This document shows, piece after piece, positions 26,101-35,535 of a stretch of 50,523 bases of DNA. Each line of letters opens with the position of its first letter. The stretch's first letter is position 1. The stretch covers positions 1 to 50,523 of the forward strand of contig CAYQZH010000003.1 of the NCBI GenBank assembly GCA_964421865.1. The letters are read 5' to 3'. A program made the position numbers and the translations under genes. Source of the DNA: an uncultured Phycisphaera sp. Its GTDB lineage: Bacteria > Planctomycetota > Phycisphaerae > UBA1845. The notes beneath the pieces were generated by a model that was given only the letters and a program-made list of their open reading frames with translations, was not told where the DNA came from and searched no databases.

Positions 26101-26281
26101 AGTCGGCGGCGTGATCAGTAGTACCTTGCTGACCTTGCTGGTGTTGCCCGCCATTTACTTGGTGTTTGGCGCGTCCGCGACTCGCCGACGCGAGCACGTA
26201 GAACGCGAAGAAGCGGTAAGTACCGTAGCGGAACGGCAGGATACGGCGTCCCCGGCGTTAGTTGCCGTGCTGGATTCTTAA
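23120..26281 (+). CDS. CusA/CzcA family heavy-metal efflux RND transporter
   Basis: Start at MFLNWIIHWSLARRGLV (ATG 23120). ~1050 aa with the 12-TM RND architecture. HME-type segments AIDFGLVVDSAVIQIEN and VGFIALSGVAVLGEMVLVSY. Confidence 0.9.
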   Translation: MFLNWIIHWSLARRGLVMGSFAALVVLGLIAARYLNIDAFPDTTPVQVQINTVAPALSPEEVERQITMPIEQAISGLPDLVNVRSISKFGLSQVVVNFEDRVEIYFARRLVSERLGTVALPSGIERPEMGPVATGLGEVLHYIVTSDARDLTELRTIQDWTIKPALRTVSGVAEINSWGGFEKQYQVRIDPTRLIKFGLLYDEVIEAVESNNLNAGGGNVSAGGGMQLVQGIGRVANLDQIGDIVIKAKDGVPVHVQDVADLEIGAEIRRGAVSYGGKGEAVLGLGFMLIGQNAHEVTSRLKAKLEEIKGNLPSDVRVETVYDRTELVDHVIDTVRNNLFEGGLLVIATLFMFLGNLRAGLIVALAIPLSMLCAFSGMLQFAIAGSLMSLGAIDFGLVVDSAVIQIENATRHIAHDRRQRNLIDVVRDAVIEVRKPTMFGELIIMLVYVPILTLEGVEGKLFRPMALTVIFALAGSLILSVTLIPVLASLMLPRRMEERDPLLVRLCAWLYRPVLRAVMRNNVAMIAFAVCALLAAVIIARGLGSEFIPRLSEEAIVINVVRIAGTDLSESVRYNTQIERAILTAFPDEVRHVWSRVGTAEVATDPMGVELSDIFISLQPRSGWKKASTQAELMALVQKELRDMPGQRFAMSQPIEMRIDEMIAGVRGDVAMKLYGDDFDVLVRKAQEIGTILGSIPGAADLSTEQLTGQPVLQIRVDQEALARYGVPAKAVMQLVESMGTKNLGDVVEGQLRFPLVARLPDSARQDAEAIGRIQLSTPAGQRIPLSSLAHIAEVEGPSTISHEWGQRRTTVQVNVRGRDVGSYVAEAQRKIAAGVSLPSGRYRIEWGGQFEHYERARNRLIIVVPLVLAMIFALLYVTYRSVADALRVYVGVPFAIVGGVLSLWVRDMPFSISAGVGFIALSGVAVLGEMVLVSYVRQLLARGLALREAIENAAVTRLRPVLMTALVASLGFLPMALSTGVGAEVQRPLATVVVGGVISSTLLTLLVLPAIYLVFGASATRRREHVEREEAVSTVAERQDTASPALVAVLDS

Positions 26282-26466
26282 AAGAGAACGATGAATTGCA
26301 CGAAGAGGTCATCCGTATTGCTTCCCCACGCCCCAAGGCCCCCGGGTCTTGCGTTATCGGAGGGCGTTGATTGGCCGCAGTGGGTGACCTATCATGGCAT
26401 GTCGGGTCTGCGGGGCAGGCGGGGTAGTCCGAGAATAACCAGTAGCCACACGCGAGGGAGGGGTAC

Positions 26467-28419
26467 GTGCCCAATCGGCTAGGAAGTACACAGCGCGTGA
26501 TGCTTGGGATGCTCGCCACAAGTCTGGCGATGATCGCCGGGACGGCGCTTGCTGCGCCGAATCCGGGCGGGAATCGGCAGCACGATGTTTTCGGGGGCTA
26601 TACGTCGACGGAGATCGTGGTGAAGCTACGGCCTGAGGCCATGGCGACACCCGCGGCACGGCTACATTTCCGAACCGCCCCGCACGACGCGGACCCGCGA
26701 GCCGCCCTAAGCGGCGAGTTGCGGGCGGCGGCGGAGAACTGGCGGGCGACGCGGATGCGACCGGCCTACCCGGAGCCTTTCGCTGATCCGGCGCTGGCGG
26801 CCCGATATGGGTTGGACCGAACGTTCGTCATCGAAGTACCCCAAGGGACGGACACGGCGGCGATGGCGGCGGCGTTCGCGGGGCTGGACCGCGACGTCGA
26901 AGTCGCAGCGGTGGACGGAATCGGCGGCGTCGCGGACCCCATCCCCCTGATCCCCAACGACACGAACTTCGGCCTGCAATACGCCATGCACAACACGGGT
27001 CAGACCGTGGCGGGCCAGGTCGGAACGGCGGACGCCGACATCGACGCGCCCGAGGCATGGGCCTTGCACACCGGCGACTTGGGATCGGTCACCATCGCGA
27101 TCATCGACAGCGGGGTGGACCCGCACCTGGACTTCGGCACTCGGCTCATCCCAGGCATCAACACGGACAACGGGTTGACGCCCAACCTTACCACCGACGG
27201 CTGTCCGCACGGCACGCATGTGGCGGGCATCGCCGCGGCAAGCGGCAACAATAATCGCGGGGTGGCCGGGGTGACGTGGGGCGCGTACATCATGCCTGTT
27301 CGCGTTTTGGGAACGCCGAACGGGTGCAGCGGTCACGTCGACGCCCTGGCGAGCGGGATCATCTGGGCGGCCGACAACGGCGCGGACGTCGCCAACATAA
27401 GCCTCCAGTACTACATTGACCCTGACAATCTGCCCGAGTACACCCTCCTGAGCGCCGCGGTTAACTATGCGTATGATCGCGGGATGCTGCTCATCGCTGC
27501 CGCCGGGAACACGAACTTAGGTCCGGCCGATCGCACCTATGTCGCGTACCCCGCAAGACTGTTGGGTTGCATGGGGGTCAGCGCCACGGACAACCGGGAC
27601 AATCTCGCGTCGTTCTCTCGATACGGCAACGAAGTGGACGTGTGCGCGCCGGGCGACCGCATCTATTCGACCTGGATCAACAATGGCTACACGTATAGTT
27701 CCGGCACCTCCATGGCCACGCCGCACGTGAGCGGATTGGCAGCGCTGATGAAGTCCTACGTGCCGGGGCTGAAGAACGTGGATATCGAAATGATCCTCGA
27801 CGCCACGGTGGACGACCTCAGTCCGGCGGGGTGGGACAACCACTACGGCTTTGGCCGGATCAACGCCTACCAGGCCTTGCTGACCGCGGATGCTTGGCGC
27901 GGGGCGATCGTGTCGAGTTCCCCGACCAGGGGCGCGATCGACGCCCGCAAACCAACCGATCCGGACGGAACCAACGCTTACGGGTGGCAGAGCGTCGATC
28001 TCACCTTCTCCGTTTATGCTTCCCTGCAAATACCGGAGGATTTCAGGGTCACGCAGGAGGGAGGGATCACGGTCGCGCCGCCGGTCACAGGGGTCGCAGC
28101 GGCCGATGAACAGCATTTGACGGTCACGCTCGAAGCGATCATCGAAACGCGGGCTTGGACGACCGTCACCCATATCCGCAGTGGGACGAGCGTCCGCCTC
28201 GGGTATCTTCCGGGCGACGTGAACGCCAACCGCGTGAGCGACGCGGCTGACGTGAGCGCGCTAGCGACGGCGCTTTCCGGAGGCGGTCCATCGCGCCCAA
28301 TCTGGTCGCTGGACATCGACCGGTCGGAGGCGGTGACCCCCGCCGATATCCTCGAAGCCGCCGATCTGTTGAATGGGGCCGGGGCGTACGAAGCTTTCCT
28401 GGGTGCGACACTGCCGTAG
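26467..28419 (+). CDS. secreted S8 (subtilisin-like) serine peptidase with C-terminal dockerin-like domain
   Basis: Catalytic triad contexts IAIIDSGVD, HGTHVAGIAAA, GTSMATPHVSG. C-terminus GDVNANRVSDAADVSALATAL ... LDIDRSEAVTPADILEAADLLNG, two EF-hand-like dockerin repeats. Confidence 0.9.
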   Translation: MPNRLGSTQRVMLGMLATSLAMIAGTALAAPNPGGNRQHDVFGGYTSTEIVVKLRPEAMATPAARLHFRTAPHDADPRAALSGELRAAAENWRATRMRPAYPEPFADPALAARYGLDRTFVIEVPQGTDTAAMAAAFAGLDRDVEVAAVDGIGGVADPIPLIPNDTNFGLQYAMHNTGQTVAGQVGTADADIDAPEAWALHTGDLGSVTIAIIDSGVDPHLDFGTRLIPGINTDNGLTPNLTTDGCPHGTHVAGIAAASGNNNRGVAGVTWGAYIMPVRVLGTPNGCSGHVDALASGIIWAADNGADVANISLQYYIDPDNLPEYTLLSAAVNYAYDRGMLLIAAAGNTNLGPADRTYVAYPARLLGCMGVSATDNRDNLASFSRYGNEVDVCAPGDRIYSTWINNGYTYSSGTSMATPHVSGLAALMKSYVPGLKNVDIEMILDATVDDLSPAGWDNHYGFGRINAYQALLTADAWRGAIVSSSPTRGAIDARKPTDPDGTNAYGWQSVDLTFSVYASLQIPEDFRVTQEGGITVAPPVTGVAAADEQHLTVTLEAIIETRAWTTVTHIRSGTSVRLGYLPGDVNANRVSDAADVSALATALSGGGPSRPIWSLDIDRSEAVTPADILEAADLLNGAGAYEAFLGATLP

Positions 28420-28528
28420 CGTGCCCCAACTCCCGGAACTCAAGACTCAGATTTGCGATCTCCGTTTTCGAGAGCGCCCGGCGTAGGCCAGCCACGGTCG
28501 TGCGGTCCCGCCTCTCGAAGGCGCATCC

Positions 28529-30085
28529 TCACCACCCGGTGAACGACAGTTGGAAGAACGCATAATCACCTAGATCAACGTCCTGGTCGCGGTCCGCGTC
28601 CAGCCTTGAGCGGCATATTCGGTTGAGGGGTGTGATCCCGGGACCGCTGCTACTAAAGCAACCATAAGACGAGATCCAGTAGAAGTCCTCAAGAGTGACA
28701 AGACAGTCGCCGTACCAGTCGCCGAGTGGACGCCCGTCTGAACCGGGAGGAACTCCGACAGGAGAAAAGGGGCATTCGTCGAGTTCATTGACCACGCCGT
28801 CGCCGTCCATATCGGGATCACAGGCGTTCGCAAGCGCGTCGCCATCGGTGTCGGCTTCACACTGATCAGGGACGCCGTTCGACGTGCAGTCCGACGCTCC
28901 TTGCGCGAGTTCGTCCACGTTGAGGATTCCGTCACCGTCGCAGTCCCGCGCCCACTCGCCGAACCGCAGGAGGACCGGGATCAGGTCCATGGCGGTGGGA
29001 ACGAGGTCTTCCTCGGGGGCCGCGTACCACGCGCCGACCTCAAAGATCCAGGCAAACCGACCCAGGACGCCATACACGTAGTCGACCGAACCACCGCTGA
29101 CGGGGTAGATCGTCGTGTAGATCGGGCCGCGTTGCGAATACGCCGTCCCACGGACCTCGAAGATGCTCGCCGCGAGATCATCGCCGAAAGTCACGTACGT
29201 GGGCTGGTCGGCACAGAGCGTCGGTGTGTGGCCCCATGCCCACATGATCATGAACCCGGGGGTGTGGAAGTCGATGTAGGCCGTGATGTTGGGGTGGGCG
29301 GTAAAGAAGTCGCGCATGGCCGCCGTCTCGGGTTGCGAGAAGTTGGCGGAACTGCCCGGTCCGGCCCAATCGCGGTTCAGATCGGCGCCGTTGGCGTTGT
29401 AGCGGGTTCCGCTCACATACCCGTCAGCGTTCACGATGGGAAGCAGGAGCCACTCGACGTCGTCGACCAGCGCGGTCACGGTGGGATCCGAGCCGTAACC
29501 GGAGAGTAAATACTCTGCCATGTACGCCAAGACGGCGGGATTGGTGATCTCGTTTCCATGCTGGGCGCCGTTGAAAAAAACGGCTGGTTTGTTTGTGCTT
29601 TTGCCGGTAATCCGTATCGCCCAAAGGTCGCGACCATCAACCGAAGTGCCGACGTGGAGCAACGTCGCCAGGTTCGGGTACGCCTGGACCAGACCGGCCA
29701 GAAACGCGGCGTGCGCCTCGTACGTTTGGTAGCTGTCAAAGAAGCCGCCGCCAGCCGCTTGCCGAAAGAGTCCTTCCCATTGGAGCTGGAGATCCTCGAC
29801 AAGAACGGTGGTGGAAATGCCAAGTCGTGTCAGTTCGGCACGTTGGGACGGAAGTGCGCGGACTTCGACGAGACCGATTCCGAGGCGATCGGACCAAATC
29901 TCGAACCCTGGATGCGTACCTTCCATGTTCAGCAGAACGTCGAGTTCCGACCGCTGGGAGAGGGTGACAGCGAGAAGCTGGAAGTGCTCAGCCGGTGTCG
30001 CGGGATTCTGACCAAGGGCAACACCCTGGACCGGCCCTTGCGGGGCGAGAAAAACGACCAGGCATACCGCCAGGAATTGCGTCAT
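28529..30085 (-). CDS. secreted M14 zinc carboxypeptidase with TSP3-like and dockerin-like C-terminal repeats
   Basis: Start placed at MTQFLAVCLVVFLAP. HGNEITN (HxxE), NADG, GADLNRDW. C-terminus DTDGDALANACDPDMDGDGVVNELDECP and DADRDQDVDLGDYAFFQLSF. Confidence 0.85.
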   Translation of the reverse strand: MTQFLAVCLVVFLAPQGPVQGVALGQNPATPAEHFQLLAVTLSQRSELDVLLNMEGTHPGFEIWSDRLGIGLVEVRALPSQRAELTRLGISTTVLVEDLQLQWEGLFRQAAGGGFFDSYQTYEAHAAFLAGLVQAYPNLATLLHVGTSVDGRDLWAIRITGKSTNKPAVFFNGAQHGNEITNPAVLAYMAEYLLSGYGSDPTVTALVDDVEWLLLPIVNADGYVSGTRYNANGADLNRDWAGPGSSANFSQPETAAMRDFFTAHPNITAYIDFHTPGFMIMWAWGHTPTLCADQPTYVTFGDDLAASIFEVRGTAYSQRGPIYTTIYPVSGGSVDYVYGVLGRFAWIFEVGAWYAAPEEDLVPTAMDLIPVLLRFGEWARDCDGDGILNVDELAQGASDCTSNGVPDQCEADTDGDALANACDPDMDGDGVVNELDECPFSPVGVPPGSDGRPLGDWYGDCLVTLEDFYWISSYGCFSSSGPGITPLNRICRSRLDADRDQDVDLGDYAFFQLSFTGW

Positions 30086-30296
30086 TCGAGCCACCCTCCG
30101 CCGCAATGAAGACGATCGACCGAGGTACGGTCGCGTTGAACTCCAGCGCATCATTCTACAGAGTCAGCCGGGTCGGGGCAAGACTCCCAAACAACAGATT
30201 CAGTGTGACACGGGACGCGTAGCGACATAGACTGAACGACAACAGGGGCGCGCTTTTTCCAGGCGCCGCACGGGTGTTCCTAAGGGAGGTTTGTTG

Positions 30297-31847
30297 ATGT
30301 TGCCGCCGTATGCACCGGAACCGTACGTAGATTTCAACCAAGGTGAGCCTCGGGCGAAGATGTTGGCAGCGCTAGAGAGCGTGCGGGGGCAGCTTGGCCG
30401 GGCGTGTCCGCTGTGGATTCACGGCAAGCCGGTCACCACCGCGGAGACGTTCACTTCCATCAGCCCGGCAGATCCGAATCGGGTCGTCGGCGTGATCTCC
30501 AAGGCCAACGTCGATCTCGCGGAGAAGGCCGTGCGCTGCGCGGCGGACCATTTCAAGACCTGGCGCCGGGTCGATCCCGACGTTCGTGCTCGTGTGCTCA
30601 TCAAAGCGGCGGCGATCATGCGGCGGCGGGTCTATGAGCTGTCGGCGTGGGAATGCTACGAGGTCAGCAAGAGCTGGATCGAGGCCTACGGGGACGTCCG
30701 CGAGGCGATTGACTTCCTGGAGTTCTACGGGCGGGAGATGATGCGGCTTGGCGGTTCGCATCCGGTCACGCAATATCCGGGAGAGGAAAACGAGGTTCGT
30801 TATATTCCGTTGGGCGTGGGCGTGGTGATTCCCCCGTGGAATTTCCCGTTGGCGATCTGCACGGGGATGACTTCGGCGGCGCTGGTGACGGGGAACACGG
30901 TGTGCCTCAAGCCGGCGAGCACGTCGCCGGTGATGGCGTCGCTGCTGGTCGAAATCCTGCACGACGCCGGGTTGCCGCCGGACGTGCTCAACTTCGTGCC
31001 CGGTCCGGGCGGCAGCGTGGGCGACGCGCTCGTGTGCCACCCGCTGACACGGTTCATTTCTTTTACCGGCTCCAGAGATGTGGGGATCGGCATCTTCGAG
31101 AAGGCGGCAAAGGCGCCGCCGGGGCAAATCTGGCTGAAACGCACGGTGCTGGAGATGGGCGGGAAGGACTGCATCGTGGTCGATGAGACGGGCGATGTGG
31201 CCGCGGCGGCGGAGGGCGCGGTCGCGGCGGCGTTCGGGTTCCAGGGGCAGAAGTGCTCGGCGTGCAGCCGCCTGATCGCCCATCGGGACATCTATGACGA
31301 TCTACTCGCCCGCGTGGCGGCGCGAGCGAAGGAACTGACCCTCGGTGACACCGTGACGGCGGACAACTTCTTCATGGGTGCGGTGATCGACGAAGCCGCG
31401 CAGCAGAAGATCGGCGAGTACATTGGAATCGGGCGGAGCGAGGGTCGGGCGGTGCTGGCCGACGGGAAGGTCCCAGGTCGGGGGTACTTCGTGCCGCCGA
31501 CGATCATCGCGGACGCGTCCCCGAACGCGCGGATCGCCCAGGAGGAAATCTTCGGACCGGTGCTCGCGGTCATCAAAGCGAAAGACTTCGATGAGGCGTT
31601 GGAGATCGCCAACGGAACGCAATACGGTCTGACGGGGTCTCTTTACTCGCGCGATCGGTTTCGCCTGGAGCGGGCGCGGCACGAGTTCCACGTCGGGAAT
31701 CTCTACTTGAACCGTAAGTGCACGGGGGCGTTGGTGGACGTTCAGCCCTTCGGCGGGTTCAACATGTCGGGGACGGACTCCAAAGCCGGCGGGCGGGATT
31801 ACTTGCAACTCTTCCTGCAAGCGAAGTCGATATCGGAGCGGTGGTAA
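30297..31847 (+). CDS. pruA: L-glutamate gamma-semialdehyde (1-pyrroline-5-carboxylate) dehydrogenase
   Basis: ATG 30297 after AGGGAGG. ~516 aa. ALDH motifs LEMGGKD and FGFQGQKCSACSR. RocA/PruA-type N-terminus ...EPYVDFNQGEPRAKMLAAL. Confidence 0.85.
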   Translation: MLPPYAPEPYVDFNQGEPRAKMLAALESVRGQLGRACPLWIHGKPVTTAETFTSISPADPNRVVGVISKANVDLAEKAVRCAADHFKTWRRVDPDVRARVLIKAAAIMRRRVYELSAWECYEVSKSWIEAYGDVREAIDFLEFYGREMMRLGGSHPVTQYPGEENEVRYIPLGVGVVIPPWNFPLAICTGMTSAALVTGNTVCLKPASTSPVMASLLVEILHDAGLPPDVLNFVPGPGGSVGDALVCHPLTRFISFTGSRDVGIGIFEKAAKAPPGQIWLKRTVLEMGGKDCIVVDETGDVAAAAEGAVAAAFGFQGQKCSACSRLIAHRDIYDDLLARVAARAKELTLGDTVTADNFFMGAVIDEAAQQKIGEYIGIGRSEGRAVLADGKVPGRGYFVPPTIIADASPNARIAQEEIFGPVLAVIKAKDFDEALEIANGTQYGLTGSLYSRDRFRLERARHEFHVGNLYLNRKCTGALVDVQPFGGFNMSGTDSKAGGRDYLQLFLQAKSISERW

Positions 31848-31888
31848 GATCGATTTCGGATCCCACTCCTCATTATTCAGCCCTCCCG

Positions 31889-32809
31889 TCACGGAAGGAC
31901 GGAGCGTCTGAACAGACCATCATCTGCAGAACGGCCTTTCGATGTCCGAACGGGCGCGGCCCGCTGATCCTCGAAGCGGCTTCCAACGGTGAGCGGTGGG
32001 ACGATCCCGAGACAGGTGCTGGAGCCCGCGCAAAAGCTGGAGTTGCGACACCCTTCGCCGACGCAGATCCCCTCGCTGCAACGGTCCACCGGAGTGCAAG
32101 AGTCACCATCGTCACACGGCCCTCCCTCGTTGACGAACACGACCTCGCAGTGCGATGCCAGTGGGTCACAAACTCCGATTCGGCAGGGAGTGTCAAGGGC
32201 GTGACAATCGGCGGTGTCGGGAACGCAGCTGCAGTTAACGCCGGGCGCCACCTCGACGCAGGCGAGGATCGGCGACGGGGAGTCGGGTGGACAGTCCTGG
32301 GAGTTGTCGATGAGGACCCGGTGACCCGTGTCGTCGACTAACGCGGCCGCGAATGGATGTTGACCTTCCAGGAGGCATACAGGGGTGGGGTTTGCCGCGT
32401 CACCGATCGGGGCAAAGCTCAGGCACGCAAGGGTCGTGGCTACTCCTGCCGGCGGCAGACCTTCCCTGAAATCGACGCCAAAGGCACATCGCACTTCTCC
32501 TTCCGAATGATCATCATCTTGAAAAACTTCCAATGCGAACGGCGAGGTCGGGTCGCACGCACGACCAGGCGTTGCATCCATCAGCGAAAACAAATGGGGG
32601 TCGTAGCCTACCGTGAATTGTCCGCCTAGAATAACGGCGTCACTGGCACCAAGGATGACCCGAATCTGAATGCCGCCCGGGGCGAGACATCCTTCGTCGG
32701 CAGCGAGGCAAAGGCTGGGGTTGATGCCGGCGGCCGCTGGTGGCAGAGCGCCCCAAACGAGCGGCGCAACCGTAAGCGGAACCAAGATGGCGGCTGACCC
32801 CCGCACCAT
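31889..32809 (-). CDS. secreted protein with cohesin-like domain and Cys-rich C-terminal region
   Basis: ATG 32809 after AAGGAGAG, then a signal peptide. GGIQIRVILGASDAVILGGQFTVGYDPHLFSLMDATPG resembles the cohesin core (..G.qf.v.YDp..l......pG). C-terminus has many Cys in C.DGD.C...D.C..G.C patterns. Confidence 0.6.
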   Translation of the reverse strand: MVRGSAAILVPLTVAPLVWGALPPAAAGINPSLCLAADEGCLAPGGIQIRVILGASDAVILGGQFTVGYDPHLFSLMDATPGRACDPTSPFALEVFQDDDHSEGEVRCAFGVDFREGLPPAGVATTLACLSFAPIGDAANPTPVCLLEGQHPFAAALVDDTGHRVLIDNSQDCPPDSPSPILACVEVAPGVNCSCVPDTADCHALDTPCRIGVCDPLASHCEVVFVNEGGPCDDGDSCTPVDRCSEGICVGEGCRNSSFCAGSSTCLGIVPPLTVGSRFEDQRAAPVRTSKGRSADDGLFRRSVLP

Positions 32810-33053
32810 CAATCTCTCCTTCGGAGGGTCCACAATACCCAACGGCGTACATTACAGCAAGTAGAGCCGCGGTGCGCGCAAGAGGGGCGAGCGAAGCCGT
32901 AGATTTCGACAGGTTTACACAACCACCCAAGTTCACTCGTTTCCGAAAGCAAGCTAGGATGACGCCCCTGTAGGACTTGCGGCGTCCCCGTATGGACCGA
33001 ACGGAATTTCCGGGTTTTCCATTGAGTCCGATTTTGCCCCTGGAGGGAGAAAT

Positions 33054-34955
33054 ATGAATCTACAGCTTAAACTCGCTATCGTGTTGGCCGCGAGCATGGG
33101 GGTGACTCCGAGCGTACGCGCCGAGCTGCCCCCGCTGATTCCGCGGGAGGTGTTTTTTGGGAACCCGGACAAGGCGTCTCCGCAGATTTCACCGGACGGA
33201 AAGCGGCTGGCCTATCTGGCGGCGGATGAGGGCGTGCTCAACGTGTGGGTGCGCACGGTGGGGCGGACCGACGACCAGGCCGTCACCAAAGACCGCAAGC
33301 GCGGCATCCGCTCGTACTTTTGGGCGCAGAACAACGAGCAAATCCTGTACATCCAGGACAAAGGCGGTGACGAGAACTGGCACCTCTACGCCGTGAACCT
33401 GAAAACGAACGAGGAGAAGGACCTGACGCCGTTCGAGAATGTGCAGGCGCGGGTGGAGGCCGTGGAGCCGAAGTTCCCCAACGAAATCCTGGTATCGATC
33501 AACAACCGCAATCCGCAACTGCACGACGTGTATCGCGCCGATCTGACGACCGGAAAGCTGTCGCTCGTGGCGCAGAACGACGAAGGGTTCATCGGGTGGA
33601 CGGCGGACCACGACTTCCGCGTTCGTCTGGCGGCGAAGATGAACCCGGACGGCGGGACAACGTTGGTGGTACGCGACGAGGCGGGGTCGGCGTGGCGGAC
33701 GCTGATTTCGTACGGGGCGGAGGACGCCCTGACCAGCGGACCTGTGGGCTTCACGCCGAACGACAAGGGGCTGTTCATCATCAGCAGCAGCGGGAGCAAC
33801 ACCGGTCAGCTGCGGGAGATGGACCTGGCGACGGGGAAGGAGAAGGCCCTCGCTTCCGACGACGCGGCGGACGTCGCCGATGCGGTCATTCACCCCTCGA
33901 AACACACCGTGCAGGCGGTCGCGTTCACCAAGGAACGCACGAGTTGGACGGTGCTGGATTCGTCGATCGCCGAGGACTTCGCCGCGATCGGAAAGATCCG
34001 CACTGGCGACTTCCATCTTATTAACCGCGATCAGGCGGACCAGACCTGGCTGCTGAGTTTCGAGACCGACGACGGGCCGGTGTATTATTACGCTTACAAT
34101 CGGAGCACGAAGAAGGGCGAAGTCCTGTTCACGAACCGCAAGGCGTTGGAGGGGCTGACGCTGGCGAAGATGAAGCCGATCAGCTTCAAGGCCCGGGATG
34201 GGTTGACGGTGCACGGGTATCTGGCCGCCCCGCCCGGTGTAGAGGCGAAGAACCTGCCGATGGTCCTGAACGTGCACGGTGGGCCTTGGTCGCGGGACAC
34301 GTGGGGATATGACGGCGAGGTGCAGTGGTTGTCGAATCGCGGATATGCCGTTTTGCAGATCAACTTCCGCGGCTCGACCGGGTATGGCAAGAAGTTCCTC
34401 AATGCGGCGGACCGTGAATGGGGCGGAAAGATGCACGACGACTTGGTCGACGGCGTGCAATGGGCGATCAAGGAAGGGGTGGCCGATCCCCAGCGCGTCG
34501 CCATCTTCGGCGGATCGTATGGGGGATACGCGACGCTGGTGGGATTAACGTTTACGCCGGATTTGTTCGCGTGCGGCGTGGACATCGTCGGGCCTAGCAA
34601 CCTCATCACCTTCCAGGAGACGATTCCGCCGTACTGGAAGCCGTTGGAACCGATCTTCTGGGGCCGAGTCGGGCACCCGCTGAAGGATGCGGAGTTTCTG
34701 AAGTCGCGCTCGCCGCTCTACAAGGTGGACCAGATCAACAGGCCGTTGCTGATTGCCCAGGGAGCGAATGATCCACGGGTGAAGAAGTCCGAGTCGCTGC
34801 AAATGGTCGAGGCGTTGAAGAAGGCCGGCAAGGTCGTCGAATACGTCGAATACGCCGACGAAGGGCACGGTTTTGCTCGCCCGGAGAACCGGCTCGACTT
34901 TTACGGCAAGGCGGAGAAGTTCTTGGCCCAACACCTTGGCGGACGTTCACAATAG
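33054..34955 (+). CDS. S9 family prolyl oligopeptidase/dipeptidyl aminopeptidase
   Basis: Signal peptide and beta-propeller N-half. Nucleophile elbow FGGSYGGYATL, QGANDPRV, DEGHGF. Confidence 0.9.
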   Translation: MNLQLKLAIVLAASMGVTPSVRAELPPLIPREVFFGNPDKASPQISPDGKRLAYLAADEGVLNVWVRTVGRTDDQAVTKDRKRGIRSYFWAQNNEQILYIQDKGGDENWHLYAVNLKTNEEKDLTPFENVQARVEAVEPKFPNEILVSINNRNPQLHDVYRADLTTGKLSLVAQNDEGFIGWTADHDFRVRLAAKMNPDGGTTLVVRDEAGSAWRTLISYGAEDALTSGPVGFTPNDKGLFIISSSGSNTGQLREMDLATGKEKALASDDAADVADAVIHPSKHTVQAVAFTKERTSWTVLDSSIAEDFAAIGKIRTGDFHLINRDQADQTWLLSFETDDGPVYYYAYNRSTKKGEVLFTNRKALEGLTLAKMKPISFKARDGLTVHGYLAAPPGVEAKNLPMVLNVHGGPWSRDTWGYDGEVQWLSNRGYAVLQINFRGSTGYGKKFLNAADREWGGKMHDDLVDGVQWAIKEGVADPQRVAIFGGSYGGYATLVGLTFTPDLFACGVDIVGPSNLITFQETIPPYWKPLEPIFWGRVGHPLKDAEFLKSRSPLYKVDQINRPLLIAQGANDPRVKKSESLQMVEALKKAGKVVEYVEYADEGHGFARPENRLDFYGKAEKFLAQHLGGRSQ

Positions 34956-35224
34956 ACCCGGCTCCGGACGCGGCGTTGCCCCCGGCCGCGAAAGAGCCTC
35001 GCACCCCCAACGCCTAAGACGGATGAAGGTCCGTTTTGCACCCACGCGGATGATCTACGGCCTAGGGGTCGGGTGTAGCAGACGCGAAAAAACGAGGTCC
35101 GTTCGTGGTTATTCCGGGGCGGCTGGTCAACTCGCCGAACGCCCAGCCGATACTCAGGGGGTACGGCCCATCGGAAAAGCGCTGGGGCGCCCTCCGACGC
35201 CGCATTACTGCGAGAGGAACACGA

Positions 35225-35509
35225 ATGACCACGACGATCAGTAAACTCAAAGAGACGGTGTTGGGAGCGACGACCGCCGGAACGACGTTGCCCTTTGACG
35301 GCATCTGTGACCCCGGCGCCTATATCTGCCGTTGGAGCGGACATCTGTTGCGCGTTCCGGAAGACAGCATCGGGCCGGAGCGAGCGCCGCGGATGAGCGT
35401 CCTCGGACAGGAGGCGTTGATGGTGACCAAAATCGACGCCGATCCCTTCGTCTCGGTGACCAAGGCCCGACTCCTGGCGGCCAATCACGACGTCGCCGTC
35501 AATTTCTAG
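35225..35509 (+). CDS. hypothetical protein (94 aa)
   Basis: ATG 35225 (MTTTISKLKETVLG...). Protein-like composition and followed by a long hairpin. No recognisable family. Confidence 0.4.
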   Translation: MTTTISKLKETVLGATTAGTTLPFDGICDPGAYICRWSGHLLRVPEDSIGPERAPRMSVLGQEALMVTKIDADPFVSVTKARLLAANHDVAVNF

Positions 35510-35535
35510 GGCCGCGTCGGGCGATCTCTGCACAC

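Noticed and set aside
30372-34460. Long minus-strand ORFs 30372..31283 and 33189..34460, and similar ORFs elsewhere such as 1836..2753 and 37242..38129
   Set aside because: Each is antisense to a gene with clear family signatures (P5CDH, S9 peptidase, M42-like peptidase, Cys/Met PLP enzyme). All are Arg-rich artefacts.
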